Origin: Chlorokybus atmophyticus
Taxonomy: Eukaryota > Plantae > Mesostigma and Chlorokybus algae
Reading direction: 5' to 3'
Length of the DNA: 64,000 bases
NCBI GenBank assembly: GCA_009103225.1
Contig: RHPI01002402.1
Span: forward strand, 186,001 to 250,000
Position 1 is the first letter of the stretch; each line of letters begins with the position of its first letter. The notes beneath the pieces are model-generated. The model was given only the letters and a program-made list of their open reading frames with translations, did not search any database and was not told the origin of the DNA. Shown one piece after another: positions 47,890-61,000 of this stretch. Position numbers and translations under genes: made by a program.

Positions 47890-49037
47890 ATGTCTTCCAG
47901 CACCAAGAGCAAGTATGTGCTGTATGTTGACAACATCAGCAGCCGCACGCGCACCAAGGACTTGGAGTACGAGTTTGAGCGCTGCGGCCCCATCCGCGAC
48001 TGCGAGCTTGACCACGACCACCGCTGTGCCCTTGTAGAATTCAAACGGTAAGTGCTTTTGGCTAATCACCTGTTTGGAGCTTGCATGCTGGTCTGGGCGT
48101 CGTAGCTAGCCATGCGCACACCTGACGTTGCAGTTTCCTTGTTTGTTGCATGCTCAGGTTGCCGTTGTATCCGGACGATGGTCTGGTATGATGGGCCTCC
48201 GTCGAATTTCCCTCCCGGTAATCTAGCAATTCTGATTCGCCTCCGAAGAACCATAGTTCTAGTAATTACAGCTGCGCTTTACACATGCATGCATGTCGCC
48301 GTAGTCAGTTCGTGGTCTCTAACATCTCTGTTGTCACGGGTTTCGTGTTGTGAGCAGCTGTAGCTTTCCCCTTGCACAAGACAGAAGAGGCTTCACAGCC
48401 ACACTTCGTGATCTCGGTTTGTGCAGTCAGCCGGACCAACCTTCGGCCTAACTCACCTCTTGTTGCACGGCGGTTCAGCCTACACAACCTACCTCCTGGT
48501 CATTTTCAATAGACTGACCTTTGTTTGGTTACAGGTCTGATGATGCAAAGTACGCATGGCGCAAGATGGGTAAGTGGCGCGATTGTGCATTAACTGCTGG
48601 CCTCTGCGTCTAATTTTGCAGTCCCGTTTCTCTTAGTGGTTTCACTGACGACCAACTCATGCATGTCTTGTGGTGTTGCAGACAAGTACTTCTGTGATGG
48701 TCGCCGCTGGGTAGTGGACTGGGCAAACAAAAAGGACTTCAAGGTTAGCCCATGCACAATCTGTATGCATGCACAGCTGGTTGTGTCTGCTGCGCATTGT
48801 GACTGATATTTGTGCCTGTTGCGTCCTGCAGGACTTCGGCTGGAAGTGGTTTGAGGCAAATAGTCCATCCCCATCACGCTCCCGCAGCCCCTCGCGCTCA
48901 CCATCGCGCTCGCCTTCCAGGTATTGAGACTGCATGGTGTTGCTAGTCATGCTGGTTGGCTCAACCTATGGCATGTTTGTCGTGTTGGCTTGTTGTGCTC
49001 ATGTAGCCCTTCCCTCTGCAGGTCCCCAGAGCACTAA
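47890..49037 (+). CDS. Small single-RRM SR-like protein (about 119 aa), 5 exons
   Basis: Spliced product MSSSTKSKYVLYVDNISSRTRTKDLEYEFERCGPIRDCELDHDHRCALVEFK-RSDDAKYAWRKM-DKYFCDGRRWVVDWANKKDFK-DFGWKWFEANSPSPSRSRSPSRSPSRSPS-RSPEH*. RNP2/RNP1-like motifs, RS/SP tail, canonical GT-AG introns. Confidence 0.8.
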
Positions 49038-50637
49038 AGCAGCCGTAAGAAGCAGCAAGTTTGCGCTTGCATTCAGCTAGTAGCGAATGCTACTCAACTG
49101 TCATGACGACTGGCGAATGCGTATAGCGCTATGGGTTGTGGTTGTTTGTAGATGTTGGTTTTCAAATTGTATAATGTAGTCGTATGATGTAGTTTACGTT
49201 CTGTATTGGCGGTCATTAGCAGTTGTGTGGATTTAGCCAACCAGAAGATCTTATCTGGCGTATGCATAGGACCTAGGGTTGTGGTGGTTTTTAAGCAGAT
49301 GGTGTGGTAAGTTTTTAGTGTAGGTTGTAATCGTACTTGAAGCCTTCATCAGCAGTCATGTTTCCATGCCGGTGTTTCTTTGCGGTGCTCATGGTTTTGC
49401 ACGAATTTGCATGGCTTGTGTAATACCAATCCATGTAATATTCATAACCGATGGTGGCCCACATACGGTGCCACCATTACAGCTAGGATAACACTCCTGT
49501 TCACGAACCACTGGTGTACCTGACGGCCCCACAAGTTGACAACTTCGGCTACAACGTAAGAGCAACTAAACAAAATGGGTTTGTTGTCCATTCCCACATC
49601 TAGCAAGGTTTATTTACACATTACAAATATCGCATTGCACCCTCAATGTGAATGTGGTCATTGTATATAGAGCACATAGCGAGCGCAGCAAACACGTTTT
49701 GAGTGTGTATGATACAGCACCCAGTACACAATGCAATGATACACAAGTGCATGCTGCAAATGCATTCATCGTTTTAATGATGTAGCATTGCTCGACGTCG
49801 CAGCTGCGGTTCCACACATGCTGTATTATATAAATGGTATTGTCCCGGATACAACACAGAAGAGTTGCAATGCAAATTCTCATGTAGGATAGAACGTGCA
49901 AGCATGCAAGATGTCAAACCAACTCATACACAAGCATACACGCACACGAAAGTACATGGGGGCCAAGCAAAGTTTGATACGCTTTCACACTCGTAAAAAT
50001 GAGGGCGTTGAGATACTTAATTTCAAGTCGTTTACATTACGTTGCATGAGTGAATGTATACGGTATCTCCGTGATGTTAACAATAAATACGACGTTTATC
50101 GGTAAATGCAACTATGCGTGACTAGGCATTTGTTTTGATGTCAAAATTTAAAACTATTTTGGAATATGTGTGTTTGTATCAATAATTTTGTTCACGCTTG
50201 GTTGGTTGTTGCTACTTACGTAGCTTTCAATAATATGTTAACAATTTCTTATCATGTTTGACAAGTAAAAGTTTATGGTTATGTGTATGTAATAACAACA
50301 TCATTCATGATGATGTATATGAATAATATTCACGTGCTCGTTCTTTGTTCGCTCATGCCCACACGTAACCAAAGTTCGTACCCAGCCCTTGTCATTTGAA
50401 AAAATTGTTGGAAACAATGCAACCTGCATGAAGCTTGCAGATACATGCAGGCAGCATGTTGCAAGTAGCATGTTGCAACTTGCAAGGCCTGCTCATGAAG
50501 TGCTCTCTGTCAAATTTGCAGACATTATCCGCAGCGAGCTCACGTTCGTCGAGGGCACTGCCTACGCTGCTGGCGGCGGCGGTGGTGGCGGCAGGGCCGT
50601 TCTCATCGCCCCCAGCGGTGTCAGTGGTGCCATCACT

Positions 50638-52585
50638 ATGGCCACCGCTGTGCGTCTGCCCGCATCCGTCGGCTTGCAACGGTTAGATGACAGGCTGAGC
50701 AGCAGTAGCAGCAGCAGCAGTAGCAGCAGCAGGCCACAGCGTGCAGGTGTTAGGCGGCGGCAGGTCCCTGCGCATGTCGGTGTTGTTGCTAAGCAGACCA
50801 AGGATGGGCCGTGCATTGCCGTGGTCGGAGTCACAGGCGCTGTCGGGCAGGAGTTCCTGAGCGTCCTTGCAGAAAGGGACTTCCCCTACAGCAGCGTGAA
50901 GATGCTTGCAAGCGCTCGCAGGTGCACTTAGAGATCTGCATGCGCTTCCTAAGCCAATCAATCTGCTGTCAACTACTACGACTGCAACTATGCTGTATAC
51001 TATAACCAAACTCTCAGTGCTTCGAGTTTTTGACACACGTGTGGCAGCAAAAGCATCATGCGCTGCTGTGCAAAATGAAGGCAGTATGAAATGGGTGCAT
51101 AAATGCATCAATGATTGAATAAATGAAGTGTGTCCAATGCTGCAGCCTATTCCAACTTCTGAGCTGTTCTCAGTCACAATACTACAAGTCACCACTTCAG
51201 CCTTTGCATACTGTCATTTCGCTTGTCCTGTGCAAGCCATGCAATATCTTCATTGACAGACATCAGCTTGCTTGAAGATTGTTATACTACTCATATGGCT
51301 CATCATTACGCTCCTTTGGTAACTGCAGTGCTGGGAAGGAGGTTGCCTTTGACGGCAAGCACCACGTCATTGAAGAGCTCACGGAGGACAGCTTCAGTGG
51401 TGTGGACATTGCGCTGTTCAGTGCTGGTGGCTCCATCTCTAAGAAGTAAGTGATCACACTAGCGTGCTCGCACTGAGTTATTGCAACAGTAAGCATAATG
51501 CGTACCTGCTCAGACTATACTGCCTTTATTTCTGAGCTCGGTGATTGAAAAGGTGGGGGGCCTTTTCAGCTCAAAGATGCACTGCAAAGACTGTCCCTCA
51601 ACATCACAAGTGATGCAGCTGCGCTTGCCCACTGCTTACATGTGCCAATGACCAGGTTTGGGCCGGTTGCGGTGGAGGCGGGAGCCGTGGTGGTGGACAA
51701 CAGCTCGGCCTTCCGCATGACGGAGGGCGTGCCGCTGGTGATCCCGGAGGTGAACCCGGAGGCCATGGCGCATGTGAAACTCGGAAAGGGCGCCATCATT
51801 GCCAACCCCAACTGCAGCACCATCATCTGCCTCATGGCAGTCACGCCGCTCCACAGACACAGCAAAGTGCAGCGCATGGTGGTGTCCACCTATCAGGTAT
51901 GCATTACAGCCTTCATCCACTACGTGTACCCACTGTTCTGTACTAATGCACTTTCACAAGCAAAGCCAAGAGTTGCAGTTTGTGGTGCTTTTTGCTGAAA
52001 CAGCAGGTAGGTGGTGTGTTTGTTGTAACCCCCATGCATTTGTTGCAGGCTGCTAGTGGTGCGGGTGCTGCGGCGATGGCAGAGTTGGAACAGCAGACGA
52101 GGGAAGTGCTTGAGGGCAAGGCGCCCACGTGCAATATCTTCAGCCAGCAGTACGCATTCAATCTGTTCAGTCACAACGCTCCCATCACCGACACGGGCTA
52201 CAACGAAGAGGAGATGAAGATGGTCAAGGAGACCCGCAAGATGTGGAAGGATCCCAATGTGCAGATCTCGGCAACCTGCATCCGTGTACCGGTGATGCGC
52301 GCGCATGCCGAAAGCATTAACCTTCAGTTTGAGAATCCTATTGAGGAGGCCAAAGCCAAGGAGATTCTGAGCAAGGCGCCAGGTGTTACCATCATTGACG
52401 ACAGGGCAAGCAACACGTTCCCGACACCGCTCGACGTGTCCAACAAGGACGATGTTGCAGTTGGAAGGATACGACAAGATATATCTCAACCAAATAACCG
52501 CGGGCTGGACCTATTCGTATGCGGTGATCAGATCCGCAAGGGCGCGGCTCTCAATGCTGTGCAGATTGCTGAGCTATTGCTGTAG
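50638..52585 (+). CDS. asd: Aspartate-semialdehyde dehydrogenase, plastid-targeted, multi-exon
   Basis: Poly-Ser transit peptide; [13 protein letters not shown]; MLASAR; [10 protein letters not shown]; [10 protein letters not shown]; [11 protein letters not shown] (catalytic Cys); YAFNLFSHN; [15 protein letters not shown]; [16 protein letters not shown]. Confidence 0.97.
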
Positions 52586-52739
52586 AGCCGTTGCGACCTG
52601 TTTCCCCAGACATCTATTCAACACTCAATTTTGGCTGCTAATTGCTGCAGATCGGAACTCTGCACTCACTTCTCTCAACTGTGCACTCTTTGTGGAATTG
52701 ATGCAGAATGTGTGGTAGTGTTGCACGCGGCTTAGATGC

Positions 52740-53850
52740 ACCAATCACAATGGTTGAGCAAGTGCTGAGGTACTGGCCAGCCTTTTAACTGCACAGTCCA
52801 GAGACTCGCACAGTGCAGGTTTCGCCATTCATGTGTGTATTGCTTTCCACAAGCATGGCTTGGATGTCTGAAAAGAGCACAACAATATGAAAAGGCCCAA
52901 CTGCCAGGCTGCTTGCTAAGCAACCCGACAGTCATAGCTCACATGCAATGCTTTCATGAGACGAGTTGGCATCATGAATTGCATGCCAAGCTCAACCAGT
53001 TGCGTCAACAGTTCCAGCATCATAGTGACTTGCGGCAACTCGACTCGACTTGCGTGCTCATATGCGCCAGTACCCTGGTACAAGTAAGCTTCAATGAAAA
53101 CATGCATAACGCACTTGGCCTACAGCCGCAGTGAGCGCACGCTATACAACTGCCTGCATTTCAACTGCGGCACCATGTACGTGTAGCTACACACACAGTC
53201 CTGCTTCTACACCCATTCAGTTGTTAACGCGCTTCATTTGAGCACGCATGCCATTGTGATGAAAGGGAAGGACCTATCATCATCTACAAATCAGCAGCGG
53301 GCTTGTTACCCTCATGCCCTGCCTTGCAAAACCATGATACACCCTCATGCCCAGATACAATGAGGCAAAGACCTTTGCTGTTGTCAAGCGGTTGCTTTAG
53401 CTGGACTTGTGCTCAGAGCCGCTGAACCACTCGTTAATCTTCGGCATGATTTCGCCGGGTTGAGCGGTTCTGCCTGCTAGAAACCTGCGCAGGCCATGGT
53501 CCCTCCATTTCTGGCCTTCATCGTGATTCTCAAGATACCCGGCAGCGCGATCCGTCTTCCTTAGCCTGTGCATACACATGAAGTCAAATTAAGCCATCAC
53601 CAGCAAAAATTGCACCCCATACAGCACTCCAAATCCAGACCAGTTAACCTGCCAACTGCAAAGTGCAAACAAATTACCCATCACCAGCAAACATTGCACC
53701 TCATACAGCACTCCAGATCCAGACCAGTTAGCCTGCCAACTGCATAGTGCAAACTGGTGCACAGCAAAATTTTTGTCACACATACCGCACGTCAGGGGAG
53801 GCCGTGATGTGCCTACCCAGATGGAAACCGCATAGTCCTGCACCAAAAGT
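52740..53850 (-). pseudogene. Possible highly decayed EnSpm/CACTA-like transposase remnant
   Basis: Broken protein-like segments in a plausible order: LTCGMC, GYLENHDEGQKWRDHGLRRF (resembles D-x-x-DG-x-x-W), and ELLTQLVELGMQFMMPT. Recognition is tentative. Confidence 0.25.
53594..53745 (+). repeat. Two tandem copies of an 84-bp unit
   Basis: CCATCACCAGCAAA..TTGCACC(C/T)CATACAGCACTCCA(A/G)ATCCAGACCAGTTA(A/G)CCTGCCAACTGCA starts at 53594 and 53678. Confidence 0.9.
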
Positions 53851-54197
53851 CAGTCAGCATCCCATAATTGTCATCAACACATACACAACTACCATGCTTG
53901 ACCAGACTGAATTGAGTTGTCGCTGGTGCGACAACACAAGGATCCAGGTAAACAGTCGTGAAATGCTAAAAGTAAAGTGATACTAAACACTAAAAGTCTG
54001 CAGCGAGTCATTATCAAGGCATCTCCCACGTACCGATGGCGCCACCGATGGCGATGAACAGAGGGTAGACCTACGAGGACACCAACGGTGATCAAAAGCA
54101 CTCTAAGAGGATACCTTCTCAGAATCTGCAGCTTGCAGGAATTAGGGTTTGTAATTTTCGCCTTACCTCCGCCTTCACCCACTTGCTGTAGCCTGAC

Positions 54198-57100
54198 ATG
54201 GCGAATGCCAAGAAGCGTAACGGTTCTCTATGCGCTGAACAACCCTCACTCCACAAGGACGCGACAACCCTCCTCGCCGCCGCCGCCGCCGCGGCTTACA
54301 GCAACCCCAAGCACCTACTGCAAGCATATGCTGGGACTTCGGCTTCTGCCTCACCCACCAAGTCGCTTCTTGCAATAGTTCGCTTCCATGGGCATAAAAC
54401 TTGCCCGCTTTGGAATTTTAGCGAAAGAAACCAACCCCTCTCCGGCTTCGTTGTCCCTGTATTACAATCAGCGGAGTTTCATAGCGACTGTGGCCACGCC
54501 CTCAACGGTGTTAGCAGCGACAGTTTGCGGACTAGCGACATTCACCAAGCGGAGAAGCGGCGATGATCAGAGCTACTTCTTCGGTGAAGTGGCGGATCGG
54601 CACTGGCAAGTGGCAACGTTCGGCAGCTGGCTGTCATTGTCAGTGAGTCACATTGGCAATAAGTCACACATACACCATTCACTGGCAGTCAGTGACAACC
54701 TGCTGTGTGATTGTGAACTCGTGCGTAAGTTACATGCCAGCGAGACACTGCGGCGCTGCTGCTGCCGTTCGGCGGGCTGCATTGTGCTTGCTGGGAGTGG
54801 CGCGTGGCCATGGGGTAGGCAGAGGAGGTGTCCGATGTCCAGAGGTACGTTCACAAATGCTGAAAGAGCGGGAAAGAGCTCTGCTTTGGTCGGTTGCTGC
54901 TTCATACTGTTCAGTGCATTGGATGCAGCATGAAGCGTGACACGAGCGTTAGGTCTAGCAGGCCTGGCCTACACTTTGCTTTGAAACAGAGACAAGGCTA
55001 GCCTTAGACTGGACGGATGGGCGCGTGTCGACTGGAGAGCTTGCATTGCATGGTGCATGCCTGTCTTGTCATCATCAGGCTTGTTTGAACGAGGTCATGC
55101 ACAGGCCGTCACATCCCGCCAATGGTCTGCCATTCATAGCAGCGTCTTGGCAGCATCATCAAGCATAGCTTTCGCTTAGTCCTTGGTTGTTGCGGCATGG
55201 CAGTATGCTTGACAGACGTGGCAAGCTGTCTAGCTTGGGTCTGGCGCTAGCGGTGGCTGGCTGAAGGTTGTTGCTTCTATCAACAGGGCGAAGGAAGCGT
55301 TAGGGTGTGGGCGTACGACGCCTGGATGGCTTCATCATGGGCACTGAACATCTGCATAGTCCTACTAATGCTGATCTTCATCATCGGCTCTTTTCTGCCT
55401 GCCGACAACAGGCTTCGCCGCCCTTACACTATGCGTGTGGAGCAGCCATTGCAATCAGGTGCATGTCATTTTGATGTCGTCCACGTATCAGCAGCTGTGT
55501 GCTTGGCTTGAGTCAAACTGTCGATCAGCCCCATTGTGCAGATTCAACTGGTCTAAGCTTCATCTCTTACGGTGATTGGGGAGTTGCAAGTCACAGTTCT
55601 TATCGCCTAGCCAAGCAGGTGAAAATGCACGATCATCACAGTAGACACAGAGAGAGGGCAATCTTATGGGAATGACTGACAATCCCTTGCCAGATGGCTG
55701 CTGCTGCCAAGCTGCTGGATGCAAAGTTTGTGCTTTCACTGGGTGACAACTTTTACAAGCAAGGTGTGAAGAGCTTGGAAGATCCGCAGTGGAACTTGAA
55801 GTTTGAGGTGATAAAGTTCAAGTTGGCTTCATGCGTGTCAGTATGACAAAGCTGACATTGTGAAATTGTTTTCAGAACGTTTACGACGCACGCCCGCTGA
55901 TGATTCCCTGGTAGGAATGCATGCGCAGATTGCATAGCACTTGTCACTCGGTTGACATAATGTTTGACATAGTTGCTGTATATCGGTAGGTGGATAGCGC
56001 TTGGCGATCACGACCACTGTGGCAATGTCTCTGCCCAAATTCTATACACGAAGCAATCGCGATGGACGCTGCCCGCAGCATACTACTCCAGCAATTTCAC
56101 TCTCCCAGCGGGACAAGTAGTGCAGTTGATTGTGACGGACAGCGTTGGGCTTGAGGTATGCTGCGAGCAATGCATTGCATGCCTACAAGTCAACGCCTCA
56201 AAGGAAGCACACATGCAGTCTGCATGTTCTCATTGTGCTACTGCTATGACAGGGTGGTGTTGCGAACGGCATGGTTCGCCGGTTTGAGACATTCTTAGAT
56301 CCCCAATTCGCTGGTTTTGAGGTGACATTTGCAATGGCCAGAAAGTAGTCCGTCTCATGACAGTGGCCTCATTTCATCAGTGGGTGTGACAAACAGGCTG
56401 GTCAGAAGCAGTGGCAATGGCTGGAACAGACGCTGCGGGAGAGTACGGCGGACTGGTCAGTACTTACAGCTGCGTTTGGGATCCAGTGCTGGCCTGTTGA
56501 ATGTCAATCAACATACTGTGCGTGCGTGAAATGGCGTCCGCACTCGTTGTGTGGCCGTGTGCGATCATTGCCTGGTTGCAGTTGACAAGTCGGTTACATA
56601 TGCTCACTGAGCGCTTGCTTGGCTGATCACCATGCCTTGTCTTAGGGTGATTGTTGCCGGCCATCGGCCAGTGTACAGCGGCGGACAGCGGAAGCGAACA
56701 GCAGCTGAGGGTTTGTATAGTGCAGCATTGCAAGTGCTCTTTGCGAAGTACAAAGTGGTAAGTGCTTGCTACATGCTTGCGAGGTTGAAGCCGGCAAAGC
56801 ATACTCCTGTCCTGGAACGCAAATACTTGTTGGTGTGCCAGGATCTGTACATATGTGGACACGATCATACTGCACAGCACTTGCGCAACCGCCATGATCG
56901 CGGCACGCACTACATTGTCAACGGAATTGGCGGCTACACTTTGCATGAGGTCCAGCCAGTGAATCAAACGCTATATCTGGCAAGGTACGTTTGCAAACCA
57001 TGACATGCCTTTTTTTTGTCTGTATGTAACCATGCTTTGGTTGTGTCACATGGGTTGTCCATGCAAGTTTCTCCTTTAGCAGAGCGCTTGCACCCGCATC

Positions 57101-57425
57101 ATTGCGGAACAAACTTACACCCTTCAACTGTTGCAATGATCTTAGCAAACAAATTGTCATGATGGTAAGCTAATGACAAATTACGTGTTTGCATGTCACT
57201 GCAGGAATCGCTTCTTTGGCTTCATGACACACACCATCACCAAAACGCACATGGTAGGTGCTGCTGCGGTAAGCATGTTGCTCGCAGGCCGTGCTCCGCA
57301 ACACTGACTGCGACAAATCCATGCAGGATTGCACATTCCTAGACGAGTTTGGGCGTCAGCAGCATCGCATACGCATCCATCCTCAGCCGCGCAACTTCCC
57401 CACGCTATCATCAACTTCGCGTTGA
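54198..57425 (+). CDS. Purple acid phosphatase (small TRAP/ACP5-like type), multi-exon; 5' end uncertain (secure from about 55290)
   Basis: Metal-ligand blocks FISYGDWG, SLGDNFY, ALGDHD (variant of GNHD), VAGHRPVYS, ICGHDH; preceded by a hydrophobic helix WALNICIVLLMLIFIIGSFLP; last exon DCTFLDEFG..STSR*. Confidence 0.85.
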
Positions 57426-58090
57426 CAGACCTGGCTTGATGCCAGTATCATAGCCACACGACTGAATCCGTTGTATCTGAAGAGCAGCACCAGCAGACTA
57501 GACATCGGCATGACATGGAGTATCATTCGTTAGGTAGGCTGGCACACCAAACGACATCCTCCCTATGGGCGCAGCCTTGGTTGTATAGATCTGTTTGGTT
57601 ATGTGTGGCATCTTTGTGTAGAGCTTTATGTTGTAGTTGCTTGCGACATGTCGGTTTTGCTTACATCATTCTTTGATTGTGCACTAGCAAGAGCGTTGGT
57701 CGCTGCAAGCTTTGGTTTCTTCCAACTACTAACCAACACCTTGTTAGTACCTAGTACAGCTTGCTGTTGTTGCAGGCTGTTGCAAGCTTGTTTAGCACAT
57801 CTGGCAGCGGTTGGTTGTAGTTTTAGTAGGTATGGGTACTTAGGCTACGCTCACGTCTCTTTCCCTTGAGAGAGTACTAACTTATGATTACGAAGCCAGT
57901 GCAGCTGCCCTCCAGTCATGTCAACCTTTACATCAGGTCTTGTTGCTTCGTTCACTTTTGACAAAGGCACCAGCTTGACTGCGGGTGGTTCACAGCAGGC
58001 AACCAGTATTCGCTCCAGTGGCCTTTGCAATTAACTGCCTGATGTGCATCTGTGTGCGTGTGCGTGCGCATGTGGCAAATGGTGGGATTG

Positions 58091-61000
58091 TCACTCCAGG
58101 AAGAATGTGTTCATGAAGGCCAGCTGGAGGCCAGGGTTGTACACGAAGAAGGTCTTGAGGTTGTGGGACTGGACGACATACAGCTCCGAGTCCTCTTTGG
58201 CCACGACGGTGGTCTCGTGCTCCCGCCCTTCCATCAACGCATCCATGTCGCATACAAACGCTCCCCTCTTCAACCCTTCTAGCGTCTGCCCCTCATACGC
58301 CAACATGCCCTGCGTGACAACCAATCACACGCACACATGGTCAGCCCAACTTGCATGCTCTGTGTCGGTTGCTTTGGGAATACACGTACCTGTGACACAA
58401 CAGCGGCAGTGGACGCCTTCTCGCCTTTGCGCCACAGCACGCAGCCCGCCGGTATGTCGCGCAGCTCAAGTATCCGCTGCATCTGCAGTTTCTGAGAGAC
58501 CGTGCTGCGGGCCATGACGGTGTTCTCCATCAACACCTGCAGAATAAACAGGTCCATGATGGCTTGTTGTCCTGCATCTCGCTAGACTATGTGCGTTTGT
58601 GTGTGTGCATGCGAGTGTGCTCACCTGTGCATGCGTGCGTGCGTATGCGTGCCCATGTATGTGTGTGCGCGTGCGCCTGCACATGCACGCGCGGGCATAC
58701 AGGTGTGCGTGCGCTTGTCTGTACTTGTGTGTTTTGTTCACACCTCCCAAGATTTATCCAAGCGTGTGCGCTGGAACTCCAACAGCTTCGTGTCGGTGTC
58801 GGTCCCGCGTATGAGCCCGAGGAAGGAGAACTTGTCAAACACAAGGACGGCTACATCCGTAACTGCGACACAACAACCACATGTACAAGTCAGTGCCAGG
58901 TCCTCTCCCACACAAAACAACAACATCAAATGTGCAAGCACGCACGCACGCACGCACGCACCCGCAGTCGCCCTCGCCATGCGCGGCTTCCCGGTCAGTA
59001 TCGCCAGCTCGCCAAAGTAATCTCCGCACGAGAACATCATCGCATTGGACTTGTTGTGCACGCGTACAGTGCCCTACAGTATGTTGGCATATGAGCACCA
59101 AACCTTCCCCAACAGCACGGCTCTTCTCACGAGTTGTGCGTGTGTGTACGCTCTCTCGCGCACGCGTTCGTACGCGTGTGTGCGCGCATACACACATGCA
59201 CACATACCTCCTGGATGATGTAAAACTTGTCCCCTGGTGTGCCTTCCCTCACGATGATGTTCCCCGGTGCGAACCTTTCCGTGGTGGCCATCTGCAGGAC
59301 GTCCCTCGCCTTGCTGATGGGCATGTCCCGGAATATGTCCAGGCTGGAGATTAGGTCCAGGACACCGATCGCGGCCACGTGAGAGGAGGTTTGAGTGGTC
59401 TCAAGCCTGATTGTGTGCTCCACACCGCAGGCAGCCACCTGCGGCGATAGGATTGTGGGTATGTTGGTTTGTGGGTTTGTGGGTTGGTCGTGGAGTTGGG
59501 GGGTAATAGCACCTTCAAGCCGGTGTGGAACGGGAAGCCTTTGGCGGAGACGTGAACGCAGTAAAGACGCTTTTTCACGTCATCGGGTAGAGCAGCCAGG
59601 ACCGCCACTGATGTGTGCAATGGAGGCACACCCTATAACACACTTGTGTTAGCATCTTGACAATGGTGTGTGCGCGTGTGCCATGCACCTACACGCACGC
59701 GCACTCGTGTACAGCTAATGCTCCTCGATACCTGTTCATGCAATATGAGGTCATGTTCAGCCGGGAACGCCGCCAGCTGCGCCGCCCTCCCCTTCCCCAA
59801 CACTCCCGCCGCCTCCATCTCCCGTATCCTCACCGGATCATAGCAAGTATCCCCAGAAAACACAAGCGACTTACCCCCACAATACACCTACACACCGAGG
59901 TGTTATACACCATCATGGCGTGTGACACAACTTCACCACACACCCACACTCACTTTGATCCCGATGCATGGTATTGCGTGCAGCGAGTAGAAGAAGCGCA
60001 GCTCCCCGCCGTGCAGTTTGAGGGGCTCGTCGATGGTGACGGGCTGGAAGAGGAACAGGCGGCGGAGGAGGTCTTGGGACAGACCGGTCAGACACGCGTA
60101 CTTGCGCATGAAGGAGTCCATGATGGTAGGAGTGGTCATCACCATAACCCTGCGGATCATGGATCAACAACAGTGACAACATAGCATAAGAGACACAAGT
60201 GCATGCGCACACATGGTAGTCTACTACGTGGAGAGCAATGTGCGCATGTTGGTACGTGGGTGAGGGTGTGGGTGTGTGCGCACGTATACGTGCGTGTGCA
60301 CATGCACTTGTACGTTGGCGCGTGCGTGCGTGCGCGTGCATACGCACATGTGTGCATATGCGCATGTATGCGCGTGTGTCACACAGAAACCCACACACCA
60401 CCCCCACCTCGCCTCCTCCAGTATCTTCTGGAACGTCCCCGCATCATGATCCGCATGGCAGTGCGTCAGCACGATCGTATCGATCAATCTCGCGGGAATG
60501 CCCTCCGCTCTCAGGAGGGCCGAGGAGTAAGGAGGGGGGTCCACCATCACGCCGCGGCCGTTGAGCCAGATCACGAAACCGTTGGTGGTGCCGTGGGGGT
60601 CGAAACCATGGGAGGAACCTGGGGTGGGGGTGNCATCAACATACTCACAACCATCACGCACACACGCGCACACGCACGCGTATACACGAATACACAGGCG
60701 CGCACGCACGCACACATATACACACACGTATACACGCGCACGCGCACGCGCATGCGTTACTCACCCAAGAACGTGACTCCGAAGTTTGGGCACTTGAAGT
60801 CCTTGAGCGCGTGGCTATGGTGGTGCGCGTCGTCGTGCGCGGGGGGCGACGCGATGATGGGCGGCAGCAGGTCCACCGCGTCGCACACCCGCGCGATCTC
60901 GACGCCGTCCTCGCGGACGGACCACATGTCGTCCTCCTCCGCGTGGATGCTGACTCTGATGCTGGAGGATGAGTCTTTCTCACCGGAACCCAAGATGGCG

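Noticed and set aside
50389-50637. N-terminal extension of ASD from the upstream in-frame start
   Set aside because: It begins at a non-ATG codon and reads like 5' UTR. The ATG at 50638 starts a typical transit peptide.
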